Of a stretch of DNA of 33,324 nucleotides, positions 1 to 9,753 are shown in pieces (positions within the stretch are counted from its first letter, which is position 1; each line of letters begins with the position of its first letter). A model generated the notes under the pieces. That model was not told the DNA's origin. It was given only the letters and a program-made list of their open reading frames with translations, and made no database searches. This stretch comes from Pseudobdellovibrionaceae bacterium (lineage in GTDB: Bacteria; Bdellovibrionota; Bdellovibrionia; Bdellovibrionales; Bdellovibrionaceae). The translations under genes were made by a program, and so were the position numbers. The stretch lies in assembly GCA_044359815.1 (NCBI GenBank), contig JBIKLL010000022.1, forward strand, positions 1 to 33,324, in the 5' to 3' direction.

Positions 1-1224
1 CAGTCTTGAAATCTCGGAATCGATTTGCTTTAGCAGTTCCGCCTTGCGGTTTTGAATCTGCAGCATTCGACTTTTTAGCAATTTTAAAATTGAATTAGGA
101 TCATAGGACAAACTGCGTCTGTCACGTTTTGCGGCCTCAACTATTTTTGGATCAATCAGATAAAAATAAAGCTCACTCCAAATTTGTTTTTCAAGATTTT
201 CAATCAACTGATCATTCACAATATTGCTGATGGATTTTTTAAATCTGTTTAGCAGATACATGTAAGCCACCGGATCCTTGATAATTGCACGGTCCAAAGG
301 GCTTTCGCAGTTGTGAACTGGGGCATATTCATAATCATCACAGCTTCTGGTGTAAAAGGGTATGCTGTGAATGCTGCCAAACAAATCATCAAAATCCCAA
401 GCCAAAATTTTAAAATAGGGTTTTGAATTGGCCTTCAGGTTCGCAAAAAAGAAAACTTCATCGGCATAGTCACCATTTTTAACCACTGAATTCAGCGCCA
501 ACCAATCCAGATACTGATCTAAATCCATGGTTTCTTTAAGAGCTGAAACTAATTCTGTGCCTTTAATAGTTTCTTCTTCTGCTGATTCATACAAATCATC
601 CAGAAATTTCTGAATTTGTTTTTTGTCCATTTTGAGTTCTGGGTTAACAAAGCGGCTGTCAATATACTGATAGCGCTTTCTGGCTACATAATCTGCATCC
701 AGTTGACCCTTCAAAAACTGAACGGGCTTTTGCATGATTAAATAAAGTCCCAATTCTAAACTGTCAGTCTGAGCAAAGTCTTGCAGAGTGACCTGGATGT
801 ACTCAGTTGGAAAAGTAATCAACCCAAAGGCTTTAGCCATTCCAAATCCAATTTTATTATTGATGTAACCCTTATCACCTGCCAGCGAGTTCAGATTAAA
901 TTCTTTTGATTTCAATTTTTTATTTACCTGCAATTGGGTTTTTGACTCAATTTCCAGACATGGCCTGTCGGCTTCACTGCAAGACTGCCCTCTGAAATCC
1001 ACTTTGGCTTTTGTTCGATCAGCTCCATTGATAGAAACTTCTGATTGTTTTAAATCGACAAATTTATTTCTCAGCCAAGGATGAGATTTAAACCTCTTAA
1101 AGTTTTTAAAATTCTCAGCGTCTGTGTAAATCACTAGGCTGTGTTTTTTTTGAAATTCTAAACTGTCGGCTTTAGCTGTTGGCAAAAATCCCAGAGCTAC
1201 TGCAAAAAAAGCTTGAATCATCAT
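1..1224 (-). CDS. CotH-family kinase-like secreted protein (3' end runs off the window)
   Basis: Not in the ORF track because it has no stop in the window. Manual translation from ATG 1224 (RBS AGGAG upstream) gives MMIQAFFAVALGFLPTAKADS... (signal peptide), ...FRGQSC..., ...LGLYLIMQKP..., ...MDLDQYLDWLALNSVVKNGDYADEVFFF...ILAWDFDDLFG. The N-x-D and WDxD motifs match CotH kinases. Confidence 0.75.
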   Translation of the reverse strand, partial: MMIQAFFAVALGFLPTAKADSLEFQKKHSLVIYTDAENFKNFKRFKSHPWLRNKFVDLKQSEVSINGADRTKAKVDFRGQSCSEADRPCLEIESKTQLQVNKKLKSKEFNLNSLAGDKGYINNKIGFGMAKAFGLITFPTEYIQVTLQDFAQTDSLELGLYLIMQKPVQFLKGQLDADYVARKRYQYIDSRFVNPELKMDKKQIQKFLDDLYESAEEETIKGTELVSALKETMDLDQYLDWLALNSVVKNGDYADEVFFFANLKANSKPYFKILAWDFDDLFGSIHSIPFYTRSCDDYEYAPVHNCESPLDRAIIKDPVAYMYLLNRFKKSISNIVNDQLIENLEKQIWSELYFYLIDPKIVEAAKRDRRSLSYDPNSILKLLKSRMLQIQNRKAELLKQIDSEISRL

Positions 1225-1457
1225 AAGGGTTCTCCTGAATGAATGTTTTGTTTGATTGGATGAAACATTTAACACAGTGCGTTTTTTATAAGTAGCTTAC
1301 GATTTTGAAATGTAAATTATATTAGCTATTCTGATTGGTTAGTAAATATCCAGTGACTGGCGAAACTTAATTTAATAAATCACGTGAACTTATTTTAAGC
1401 AGATTTTTAGCATGCAATGGCTTGATAAGTATTTACTCTATCTTTAAGGAAGCTCTA

Positions 1458-2276
1458 GTGAAATCTCAAATTCTTTTAATTATTTCAGCAGCTTATCTGT
1501 TAACCGCTTGCACCCCTAATCAAGCTGAAATTGAAGAATTAGAAATTCAAGAAATGCGCGAAGCCAGAATAGCGCAAAAACTCAACAAAAATTTACCCCC
1601 TAACCCTTGCAGATATATCTCGGGCATCACAGAAGCTCCTCCTGAAAAACAGGTTGTTTTAACTTTTGATGATGGACCCTCTAAAGGTAACAATGAATTT
1701 TTGCTTAATCTGCTGGATCAACACGGCATCAAAGCAACTTTTTTTATGGTAGGTAATAAAGCCCAACAAGCACCAGATCAAGTGGCGAGCACTTTGAATC
1801 ACGGGCATTTGATCGCCAATCATTCTTGGGATCATGCCAATTTTCATAAACTATCTTTGGGCAGACAGCTTTACCAAATCAACGAATCTGACAGTCTGTT
1901 TGCAGATTTTTTGGGGCCCTTTAAATTAGCCAGATACCCTTATGGAAATTCAACCTGCTTTTCCAACGAAGAGTTTCATCAAAGAGGTTACAAAATCGTA
2001 GGCTGGCACGTGGATTCCTGTGACTGGGGTTTCAATTCAACAGGTGAGGTTTCAGATAAAGACGCTGAAATTTGTGATGTGGCTGCAAAAAATCGAAAAA
2101 ACTTTGTAGGCCATGTCTTGGACAGCATCAGAGCCGTCAATGGCGGCATTGTTTTATTACACGAAAATCAAAAAAACACTGTTCGGAAAGTTCCAGAAAT
2201 TATCGAGACCTTGCTGGATGAGGGTTACGTTTTTAAAAATTTGGATGATCCGCAGTTTGCGGCCTATTTAGAATAA
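1458..2276 (+). CDS. Polysaccharide/peptidoglycan deacetylase (CE4, NodB domain) lipoprotein
   Basis: Motifs TFDDGP, NHSWDH, RYPYG, WHVDSCDW and LLHE. Lipobox LTAC. GTG 1458 follows AGGA and is preferred over TTG 1422. Confidence 0.9.
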   Translation: MKSQILLIISAAYLLTACTPNQAEIEELEIQEMREARIAQKLNKNLPPNPCRYISGITEAPPEKQVVLTFDDGPSKGNNEFLLNLLDQHGIKATFFMVGNKAQQAPDQVASTLNHGHLIANHSWDHANFHKLSLGRQLYQINESDSLFADFLGPFKLARYPYGNSTCFSNEEFHQRGYKIVGWHVDSCDWGFNSTGEVSDKDAEICDVAAKNRKNFVGHVLDSIRAVNGGIVLLHENQKNTVRKVPEIIETLLDEGYVFKNLDDPQFAAYLE

Positions 2277-2284
2277 TCTTGCAC

Positions 2285-3241
2285 TTAAAAATAATAAAAC
2301 ACAGTCAAACCTGGGCCACCGTTTTGGCCAGGAGTTCTGCCCACGGAAGCTGGTGATCCACCCTGCCCACCGACGCCCACACCAGGTTGGTAATCAATAT
2401 CAAGCATATTTGGAGGTACCATTCCTGATCCTGTTAAACCAAATCCAGTCCCAGTAATCCTGCCGGCGCCACCGCCACCGCCCGACACAGCCATGGTTGA
2501 AGTGTTTGTAACTCCGGCACCACCGCCACCACCAAAATAACCACCGCCGCCACCTCGGCCGCCCGTTGTACCACCGTTACCACCTGCTAAGGCCACACCA
2601 GGATTACCAATTGATCCGGGACTGGCTGAATTAGTTCCAGCTGCGCCTCCGGCAAAAACAGTTCCTCCGCCACCACCACCAACAGTGATAGTTCCATTGA
2701 TCACGGTTTCTCCCGCCGTTGCCACATCACCACCGCCGTTTCCTCCATCACCGCCCATGGTGCCTTCAACAGACAAACCTGCCCCGCCGCCTGCGCCTGC
2801 TTGAATTAAAATATTAGCTTGGGTTGAAACAATTCCCCTTAAAATTCTGGCTGAAGCGCCCGCAGTGCCACCAGCATAATCGGCAACTCCGCCCTGCCCA
2901 GTCAAAATCCTGAGGGTTTCACCAGGGACCACGGTAAACTGTGCTTGGGAAAATCCTCCGGCGCCGCCATTACCACCGTAGGTGGAACCCGTAGTGCCGC
3001 CAGAGCCCGCACCACCAGATCCCCAGATTTTAGCTAAAACGGTTCTGCAACCTTGCGGGACAATAAAATTTGTCGCAGGGGAACCTCCTAAATGAACAAA
3101 TCTTCCAGCAACACATTTTGTTCTCCAAAAAGCAGTTTGGTGAAAGACTGCATTGGCTCGGTAAGATTCAAATAACGAAATCACCATGGTAAAAACCAGA
3201 GTGTTTATCAAAATCTTTTTGATGAAAAAAAAGTGTTTCAT
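2285..3241 (-). CDS. Secreted glycine-rich protein (ALK/LTK-like or tail-fibre-type Gly-rich domain)
   Basis: N-terminal hydrophobic signal, then WGSGGAGSGG...GGAGGFSQAQFTVVPGETLRILTGQGG and repeated GGGGG runs ending NGGPGLTVFYY. Locally higher GC. Confidence 0.65.
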   Translation of the reverse strand: MKHFFFIKKILINTLVFTMVISLFESYRANAVFHQTAFWRTKCVAGRFVHLGGSPATNFIVPQGCRTVLAKIWGSGGAGSGGTTGSTYGGNGGAGGFSQAQFTVVPGETLRILTGQGGVADYAGGTAGASARILRGIVSTQANILIQAGAGGGAGLSVEGTMGGDGGNGGGDVATAGETVINGTITVGGGGGGTVFAGGAAGTNSASPGSIGNPGVALAGGNGGTTGGRGGGGGYFGGGGGAGVTNTSTMAVSGGGGGAGRITGTGFGLTGSGMVPPNMLDIDYQPGVGVGGQGGSPASVGRTPGQNGGPGLTVFYYF

Positions 3242-3326
3242 TCTTGCTCAAATTTAACATTTTCTGAGCCACTCAGAACAGATGTCAAAGTTTTGAGTGG
3301 CAATCATTTTCCGCTGAAAGCAATTT

Positions 3327-3343
3327 TGTATCAGTCTGATACA
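3327..3343. promoter_or_regulatory. Perfect 17-bp palindrome TGTATCAG-T-CTGATACA, candidate operator/UAS
   Basis: Seen directly, about 85 bp upstream of the Gly-rich gene start. Confidence 0.45.
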
Positions 3344-3412
3344 GAAAGGTTTATATTCCTGCAGCTGCCGAAACAGCCGCAGTTATTTAAAAACCAAATG
3401 CACTGACATCAT

Positions 3413-3859
3413 CTAGCGGCAAACTTGATCTAAAAACATTTCCAACCCCTGTGCCGCACTGGAAGGTGTAGTCACAGTCAGTTCAGGTCCACGGGCTGCG
3501 AACAGGTGAAAATTCCCGTTGGCAACAATTTTATACTGAACAGCCGCTTGTCCAGAACCAATTGCATTCACAGGCGTGTTCAGAACCTCGGGAATCATTA
3601 ATTCCACAGTGTCTTTATCGATCTGCACATTACTGACGGTCTTATAACCACCAATGCCGATTGAATGCCAGATTTCGACAGAGCCTTCGAACACAAAGTC
3701 TTGATCGTTAGCTTGGCCAATCTTGACTGTGCAAGTTTGTGCATATGATCGATTTTGTAAGTCAGTGGTGATTTTTTCTAGAATGGCTTTCTGGGGTGCT
3801 GCAATGGCTCCACAGGCAAGAGTCATTAAAGCACCGATTGTTAAAATTCTTAGTTTCAT
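3413..3859 (-). CDS. Hypothetical secreted protein
   Basis: ATG 3859 with RBS AGGAGG. Signal peptide MKLRILTIGALMTLACGAIAA. Confidence 0.8.
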   Translation of the reverse strand: MKLRILTIGALMTLACGAIAAPQKAILEKITTDLQNRSYAQTCTVKIGQANDQDFVFEGSVEIWHSIGIGGYKTVSNVQIDKDTVELMIPEVLNTPVNAIGSGQAAVQYKIVANGNFHLFAARGPELTVTTPSSAAQGLEMFLDQVCR

Positions 3860-3933
3860 AGAAACCTCCTTTTGGTTTGTGAAATTCAAAATACAGGAAA
3901 ATTTAAAAATTTGTTTTCTGTGAATTACGAATT

Positions 3934-3951
3934 TGTTGCCCCTGGGCAACA
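3934..3951. promoter_or_regulatory. 18-bp palindrome TGTTGCCC-CT-GGGCAACA in a divergent promoter region
   Basis: Seen directly between the gene starting at 3859(-) and the HTH gene at 4066(+). Confidence 0.45.
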
Positions 3952-4065
3952 GCCGCAAATTGTCAGTGCTGTCAAAGGGTTAAACACTCAGCCTAATCAA
4001 AAATCTAAAATGTCCAAAGTTCTTTCATACTTATGATGGCATCCTGATTGCTGATGATAATACTG

Positions 4066-4857
4066 ATGACTACTTATCGTGATATTTTAAAATCAGAATT
4101 TGAAACCAGAAAAATAAAAAATCAGTTTTATTCAATCAGAGCCTTTGCCAGGGATCTGGAAATTCCAGCTTCGCACCTGTCAAGAATCCTCAGAGGACAG
4201 AAAAATCTGTCTTCTGACCGAGCTGAAGTCATCGCACCTAAAATTTTTAAACAAAAAGGCAAGCAAAGACTGTTTATTGAAACAGTTCGGAGCGAATCCG
4301 CAAAGTCCCAAAAAGTCAGAAACCATTCCGAAAAAATACTCAGCACAAACATGACTCTTACAGAACCCACTAACATCACCGATGAAAAAATATTTTTTTT
4401 GAAAAACTGGTATATGGTAGCTATCTTGGAATTATCCCATTTGGTTAAGACCCTGGACATCCCCACTGTTTGTTTAAAACTAGGTATAGATAAAGACCAA
4501 GCTCAAACAGCCATAGATCGGCTGCTGAAGCTGGGATTACTGCAGTTTTCAAATCACAAATTGATCGCCACTGAAACTAAATTTGTATCGACCACCGATA
4601 TTCCGTCTGAGGCCATCAGGTCTTTTCATAAAGAAATGATCACCCAGGCGATAGTGGCATTGGATGAAAAACCCATAACTGAAAGATATATCACTGGTCA
4701 GACTGTACCGATCGCAAAAAAAGATCTTCAGGCATTCAAGGATTTAATTCTTCAGTTTCAAAAAGACATCAGTCAACTGGCAAAAACCAGCACTGCTGAT
4801 GACGTTTATCAAATGAACATGCAATTTTTTAGTCTTACAAAAGGAAATCAAAAATGA
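4066..4857 (+). CDS. TIGR02147-like protein (N-terminal HTH plus DUF4423-like domain)
   Basis: YSIRAFARDLEIPASHLSRILRGQKNLS (Cro/HTH), WYMVAILEL, SEAIRSFHKEMI and VYQMNMQFFSLT are typical of this family, which is expanded in Bdellovibrionota and Fibrobacter. Start is approximate. Confidence 0.85.
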   Translation: MTTYRDILKSEFETRKIKNQFYSIRAFARDLEIPASHLSRILRGQKNLSSDRAEVIAPKIFKQKGKQRLFIETVRSESAKSQKVRNHSEKILSTNMTLTEPTNITDEKIFFLKNWYMVAILELSHLVKTLDIPTVCLKLGIDKDQAQTAIDRLLKLGLLQFSNHKLIATETKFVSTTDIPSEAIRSFHKEMITQAIVALDEKPITERYITGQTVPIAKKDLQAFKDLILQFQKDISQLAKTSTADDVYQMNMQFFSLTKGNQK

Positions 4858-6086
4858 AAAACTTGACCAGCAAAATATGTTTTATGACTATTCTGCCCTT
4901 GATGGCTTTAGTAGCATGTGATCCAAAGCCTGACAGAAGTTCCGCTGACCCCAGCACTCCTCAAAGTGAAAGCTCACCCGCCAACCCCACTGCCGGCAGC
5001 TCTGCACCAACAGGAAGTATTGGCGACATCCAAAATCTGCTGGAAACCTATAGGGCTGATGAAACCGTTATTGGCAATGGCGGCGACGTTGCATACTGCA
5101 AAAATTCCGAGACCAATAAATTTACAGATTTTTATGCTGTTGATTTTTTGGTGACCTACGATTCAGCCAATCCAATGACAGAGGCGACCGATTGGAAAGC
5201 GTCTCAAGTCAGAATTTTAAAGCAACTCAAAAGACTCAACACCCAGCTGCACGAAAGCTTTAAAAACTATTTGAAGGATTTAGACAAAAAGCCATCAGAA
5301 AACAGCAAAAGACTGTGGCAACCAAGCTCCTTTGGCCTGTCCACGCTTTCTGACGAAGCCTTGATAGGAAACTTACCAGAAAACTGCAAACACGAGGATT
5401 CAAATGGCAAAACCAGGTTGTTGCAGACTGTGATCAGATCAATCCCAAAAGCTGATGAATTAAGTGTCAGCACCAAAGTTTCCATTGATCCAGCTGATCC
5501 CGCAGCTCCCGCCATGGTAAAATACGATTACAATAAAAGTATGATGGAGTGGCTTAAAAGCCAACGTCCTGTGCAGTATTCATTTATGATTGTTCATGAA
5601 TGGTTGTGGGATTTTACCAAGGACATAAACTCTGTCCGCACCTTAAATGCCCTTATTCACAGCGAAGAGCTTGAGAATATATCTGCAGACGATTTTATAC
5701 AGAAATTTATTGGCTTGAGTTTTAGGCTGCATTCGCAATTAAAAATCGGAAGCTTTGAGGACAAACAGAAATGCGAAATTAATATTAACAAAGACCCCGA
5801 AGACAAGGCGCAGTTTTTTATTGATTGGAAAAACTGCTCAAAAGAATCTGGGCTCTTGCAAGCCCTTGGCGAAGACAGACCCAATGGCTCTGGCATTTGG
5901 TTTAAATGCGATTGGAATAATAATATCGAAATCTGTCAGGACGACAAAAAGAAAATTTTAATCAGATCAAAAACCAGCTCAGAATTTTCATTGTCAAAAA
6001 ATACAGAATCGCAATCAGCAAGAAAGACTGAGACAGAATCAGCAGACACTGAATCAGAGGCAATATTTAGATTTAAGGCAGATTAA
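4854..6086 (+). CDS. Hypothetical lipoprotein with GNGGD motif
   Basis: ATGA overlap with the upstream gene, lipobox LVAC, Ser/Pro linker, IGNGGD and IVHEWLW motifs. Confidence 0.8.
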   Translation: MKNLTSKICFMTILPLMALVACDPKPDRSSADPSTPQSESSPANPTAGSSAPTGSIGDIQNLLETYRADETVIGNGGDVAYCKNSETNKFTDFYAVDFLVTYDSANPMTEATDWKASQVRILKQLKRLNTQLHESFKNYLKDLDKKPSENSKRLWQPSSFGLSTLSDEALIGNLPENCKHEDSNGKTRLLQTVIRSIPKADELSVSTKVSIDPADPAAPAMVKYDYNKSMMEWLKSQRPVQYSFMIVHEWLWDFTKDINSVRTLNALIHSEELENISADDFIQKFIGLSFRLHSQLKIGSFEDKQKCEININKDPEDKAQFFIDWKNCSKESGLLQALGEDRPNGSGIWFKCDWNNNIEICQDDKKKILIRSKTSSEFSLSKNTESQSARKTETESADTESEAIFRFKAD

Positions 6087-6143
6087 ATATAGAAACGAAA
6101 TTTTGGCAGAACAACTGACAAAATCCACAGGCCCAAAAATTAT

Positions 6144-6167
6144 GAAGCCTTCCTTTCGGAAGGCTTC
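6144..6167. terminator. Intrinsic terminator hairpin between convergent genes
   Basis: GAAGCCTTCC-TTTC-GGAAGGCTTC, a perfect 10-bp stem followed by TGTTGTT. Confidence 0.8.
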
Positions 6168-6221
6168 TGTTGTTAAAATTTAGACTATCGAAAGGTCGTT
6201 GCCTATCTGTAGCGATAAGCT

Positions 6222-6671
6222 TTATCCACGAATTCCCAGCGGCACTGCTACTGCAGGCTTTTGGTTGGCTGCTGGATCTTTAGAGATCCACCTGAAAAAC
6301 CCTTTCAAGTATTTCATTGCCAACTTCTGTGATTCGTTAACCGTTAACCAACCGCTTTCGTACTGTGACAACACCCTGTCTATTTGTTTAGAATAGTACT
6401 GGATGTAAGGGTCAGCTGACACATTGTAAGTGACCCTGGGCACAGCCATCTTAGCGATTCGGTTTTCGATAAACCTTTTGATGTCTAAAACCCTTTTGTA
6501 GTCTTCTGCCGATAAATCCAGATTTCTCAGATTTTCATCCGAGAATCTTTCATCGACATAGTCTTCGGCTTTGATACCGTACTGTGTGCTCGACAAGCCA
6601 TTAGCCAGGCCTACCGATGCCACCATCAGGATCAAAATCGAAAACGATACGTTAAGCGTTCTATTCATCAT
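6222..6671 (-). CDS. Hypothetical secreted protein
   Basis: ATG 6671 after AAGGGGGG. Signal peptide MMNRTLNVSFSILILMVASVGLA. Confidence 0.7.
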   Translation of the reverse strand: MMNRTLNVSFSILILMVASVGLANGLSSTQYGIKAEDYVDERFSDENLRNLDLSAEDYKRVLDIKRFIENRIAKMAVPRVTYNVSADPYIQYYSKQIDRVLSQYESGWLTVNESQKLAMKYLKGFFRWISKDPAANQKPAVAVPLGIRG

Positions 6672-6906
6672 AAAACCCCCCTTGGGTTTCATGATTAGCT
6701 ATGTGCAATCTATGAACACTTTCGCCAGGTGACAAAAACTGCTTTAACAGGTAAATGCTACTGGGTTTTGAAATAGGCTCTTATTGGTTTGAGCTGAAGG
6801 CAGGTAATTAATCGTTACCAAGCTGAAACCATGACTAAAATTCCCACAGTTCCCTAAATTGTTACAGCTGTCCTAGCCCTAAGATTTTAAAAGGCTCTGC
6901 CAGGCT

Positions 6907-8241
6907 TTATTGGCCTTCAGGCTTTTCATCAGGGGTAATGATGATGTCAACCCTACGGTTCATTGATCGGCCTTCCTTGGACCGATCAGACGCTATGGGC
7001 TTCTTAAATCCAAACCCCACTGCAGAGACCTTATTGTTTTGAATCCCACCACTGCTTAGGTAGGTCGCCACAGCTTGAGCCCTTCTGTGAGAAAGCTTCT
7101 CGTTAGCCGCAGCTGTTCCTGCTGAATCCGTGTGACCCTCGACGACCACTTGTTTGGGTTTAAGCTTAGTCGCTACAGCTTGAACCTTAGATAGCACCGT
7201 AATCGCAGATTGCGGTAACGAGGCACTGCCGCTGTCAAAATTAATGGTTTTTAATCTGATCAAAACGCTTTTTCCCTGTTGATAGACTTCAGCTTCATCA
7301 GGGGAAAATTGTTTCTGAGCGCTGTCGATCGCATTTTGCAAACCAATAACCGAACTGGCTGCTTGCAGTTTTGCGCTTTGTTCTTTGATCATAGCGTCTT
7401 TTTTAGAAGTCTCGGCAGAAACTTTATCTAGATTATTTGACAGTCCCGAGATCTGTGCGTTTTGGTCAACCAACTTAATGGCAGTGACTTCGTCAAGCTT
7501 CCAACCAGTGGATTTAATGTGATCCAAAACATCAATCAGCTTCTGACTGGATTGATTCGATTTTGCCAAGGCCGTTTTGTATCCATCAAAATTATGTCTT
7601 TCAGCGGTGATCATATTTTCAGTATTTTTCAGATCTATTTCTGCGGTTTTCAGAGATATAGGTGCAAATTTTTTGGCATAGGATTTCACGCCTTGTATTG
7701 AAGATCTAGTTTTACCTAAATATTTATTTTTCAAAGCAGATAGCTCAAGGTCTAAATATTTAAGCTGAAATTTCGAAATTGTTTCGGGCGTAAAATCTGC
7801 GACTTCATCCATATCTTCGACTATGTCCTGATCAATTTCTTTCAAAGTATCATTGTTCGCAGGATCGTTTTTGCTGCCAGCTTTTATAGCCAGCTCGCGA
7901 GCACTGACTACGATTTCAATGTGGGGCTTTCTCAGAGCCGCTGTTTTTTTAGCTCTATTGATATAACCCTCGGCTTCAGCAGTTTTTGCCAAAATGTCAT
8001 TTTGCTTTTCACCGTCTGATAAATATTTTCTGGCTCTTTCCAATGTTTTTTGTGCTTTGGTTAGGTCCTCTACAGCTAAAATTTCGTAATGCTTAACTAC
8101 AGCTTCGTCCACAAGGTTTTGGACTCTTTCAATTTCTTGATCGGGATCAGAATAAGGCTCAATTTTTGAACTGATCACCCCTGATGAACAGGCTGACAAC
8201 ACTAAAAAAACCGCACCTAAAAATAAAAACTTAAAATCCAT
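6907..8241 (-). CDS. OmpA-family lipoprotein with long helical N-terminal region
   Basis: Lipobox LSAC. C-terminal OmpA_C motifs INFDSGSA, VEGHTDSAG, NEKLSHRRAQAV and NRRVDI. Confidence 0.9.
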   Translation of the reverse strand: MDFKFLFLGAVFLVLSACSSGVISSKIEPYSDPDQEIERVQNLVDEAVVKHYEILAVEDLTKAQKTLERARKYLSDGEKQNDILAKTAEAEGYINRAKKTAALRKPHIEIVVSARELAIKAGSKNDPANNDTLKEIDQDIVEDMDEVADFTPETISKFQLKYLDLELSALKNKYLGKTRSSIQGVKSYAKKFAPISLKTAEIDLKNTENMITAERHNFDGYKTALAKSNQSSQKLIDVLDHIKSTGWKLDEVTAIKLVDQNAQISGLSNNLDKVSAETSKKDAMIKEQSAKLQAASSVIGLQNAIDSAQKQFSPDEAEVYQQGKSVLIRLKTINFDSGSASLPQSAITVLSKVQAVATKLKPKQVVVEGHTDSAGTAAANEKLSHRRAQAVATYLSSGGIQNNKVSAVGFGFKKPIASDRSKEGRSMNRRVDIIITPDEKPEGQ

Positions 8242-8468
8242 ATTTCCCCCTAAAGCTGATTGCACTCCATAATATTAGCAAATGGGACTGACTAAATCCC
8301 CTATCCAAAGGCTAAATTTACGGGCACTTAAGATCTCAATGTAACAATAGAGTGGAAACAAATATTAAACCTTAGAATTAACACTCATCTTATGTATAGG
8401 CTGCGTATAACGTCCGGATATCATCAATGGGCTCGATTAAATATCAGAGACCAGTTAAATCCGTCTGA

Positions 8469-8966
8469 TTATTTTCTCCAGATATAAGCTGTGAATTTGG
8501 CATTGGGTTCGCAGGTTAGGTTTTCGTATTCAATCCAAGACGACACTGCTAAATTGGGCAACCAAGTGTTATCAAAAAGGGCGCTGACCATACCCTTTCC
8601 TGTTGCCAGGTTTTTGTCGATTTCCACAGCGAAATGTTTTTCTTCATTTAAAAAGCGCCAAAAGTCGCGGTCAGATTGCTTATCAGTCACTACGTCTTGA
8701 AAAATAATTTGTGCACCAGGTTCGGAGTTTGAGTTATTGGCAGCAGTCACTAAAGCCACCGTGACGATCCAACGACTTTCATAGCCCTCTGAAATAGCTA
8801 TCTTAAGACTGTCTGTGTATTTATCGCTGGCGGTAGTGCAGGTTAAGAAAGTGTTCTTAAGCTCAAACAATCCCCAGCCCGCAAAAGCAAACTGTACTGG
8901 CAATAGGCTTAACAAAATCAACGCTAAAAAATAACCGGCGCGAATATATGTTGATGCTGGTGTCAT
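8469..8966 (-). CDS. Hypothetical secreted protein
   Basis: ATG 8966 after GAGGGAGA. Hydrophobic signal ending AFA. Confidence 0.7.
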   Translation of the reverse strand: MTPASTYIRAGYFLALILLSLLPVQFAFAGWGLFELKNTFLTCTTASDKYTDSLKIAISEGYESRWIVTVALVTAANNSNSEPGAQIIFQDVVTDKQSDRDFWRFLNEEKHFAVEIDKNLATGKGMVSALFDNTWLPNLAVSSWIEYENLTCEPNAKFTAYIWRK

Positions 8967-9047
8967 TGAATTCTCCCTCAGATTTTTTTGATTCACAATT
9001 TTTGCCCTAGATCGAATCTGAAAACAAAGATTTTTAATCGCGCTTGA

Positions 9048-9110
9048 AAAAATACCCGACAGGTTGTCAATAAAACCAATGAGCGATGATTAAAAATACC
9101 CGATAGGTTG
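9048..9110. repeat. 19-bp direct repeat pair AAAAATACCCGA(C/T)AGGTTG
   Basis: Copies at 9048-9066 and 9092-9110, 18/19 identical, period 44 bp. Confidence 0.8.
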
Positions 9111-9159
9111 CCTTCCAATTTAGCGAGGAATGGCTAAACATATTAGTTTCTAAAATAAT

Positions 9160-9753
9160 TTAGAAGTCCCAGGTTTTATGCTGAAAGGGCGGTAAGCCTT
9201 TAAGCTCTAGGTTTTTAAGCACTGAAATCGGCAACCTCATGGGACTACCGTCATCCTGGGCCGTCAGCAAGGGGCTGCCCTCTAGAAACGTCACGATTTC
9301 AACGTATGTGTAATCAGGAGCCGGTCCAAATAATGATTTATCCCAATCCTTGTGTGCCGATTTGATTTGCTCAGCATTCCACAGTTGGATTTTTTTAGCC
9401 TTCAGTTGCATATTAACAAAGGTCATCCCGTCTTTTAGCTGTTGGTTGCAAACAACACGAACGCCGTATTCGTTGTACCATTCACCCTCGGCCTGACAAT
9501 TGATCAGCTTTGCAGAATAGTTTTTGTTGTTAATTTTAACTTTGATTTTGGCTTGATTGATGGCATTGATTTTTGCAAAACTCAGGCTGACAGATTGGAC
9601 CGAAGAAAACCGTCCGTTTTCCAGAATCCCCGCAGTCCTAAATCTGTATATCATATGGTTCTGATCGACCTCTTTTAATAAGACTTCGGCATAACTGGCA
9701 AACAACATGGATGAATTAAGTACTATTGATAGTATAACAATTAAAGTTTTCAT
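9160..9753 (-). CDS. Hypothetical secreted protein
   Basis: MKTLIVILSIVLNSSMLFA signal peptide and an open 197-codon frame. Confidence 0.65.
   Translation of the reverse strand: MKTLIVILSIVLNSSMLFASYAEVLLKEVDQNHMIYRFRTAGILENGRFSSVQSVSLSFAKINAINQAKIKVKINNKNYSAKLINCQAEGEWYNEYGVRVVCNQQLKDGMTFVNMQLKAKKIQLWNAEQIKSAHKDWDKSLFGPAPDYTYVEIVTFLEGSPLLTAQDDGSPMRLPISVLKNLELKGLPPFQHKTWDF

Noticed and set aside
6000..6062. Short ACAGAATC/TES repeats at the lipoprotein C-terminus
   Set aside because: Low-complexity coding linker, only three degenerate copies.
6704..6720. Possible sigma54 promoter for the gene starting at 6671(-)
   Set aside because: Has TTGC at -12 but TG rather than the invariant GG at -24.
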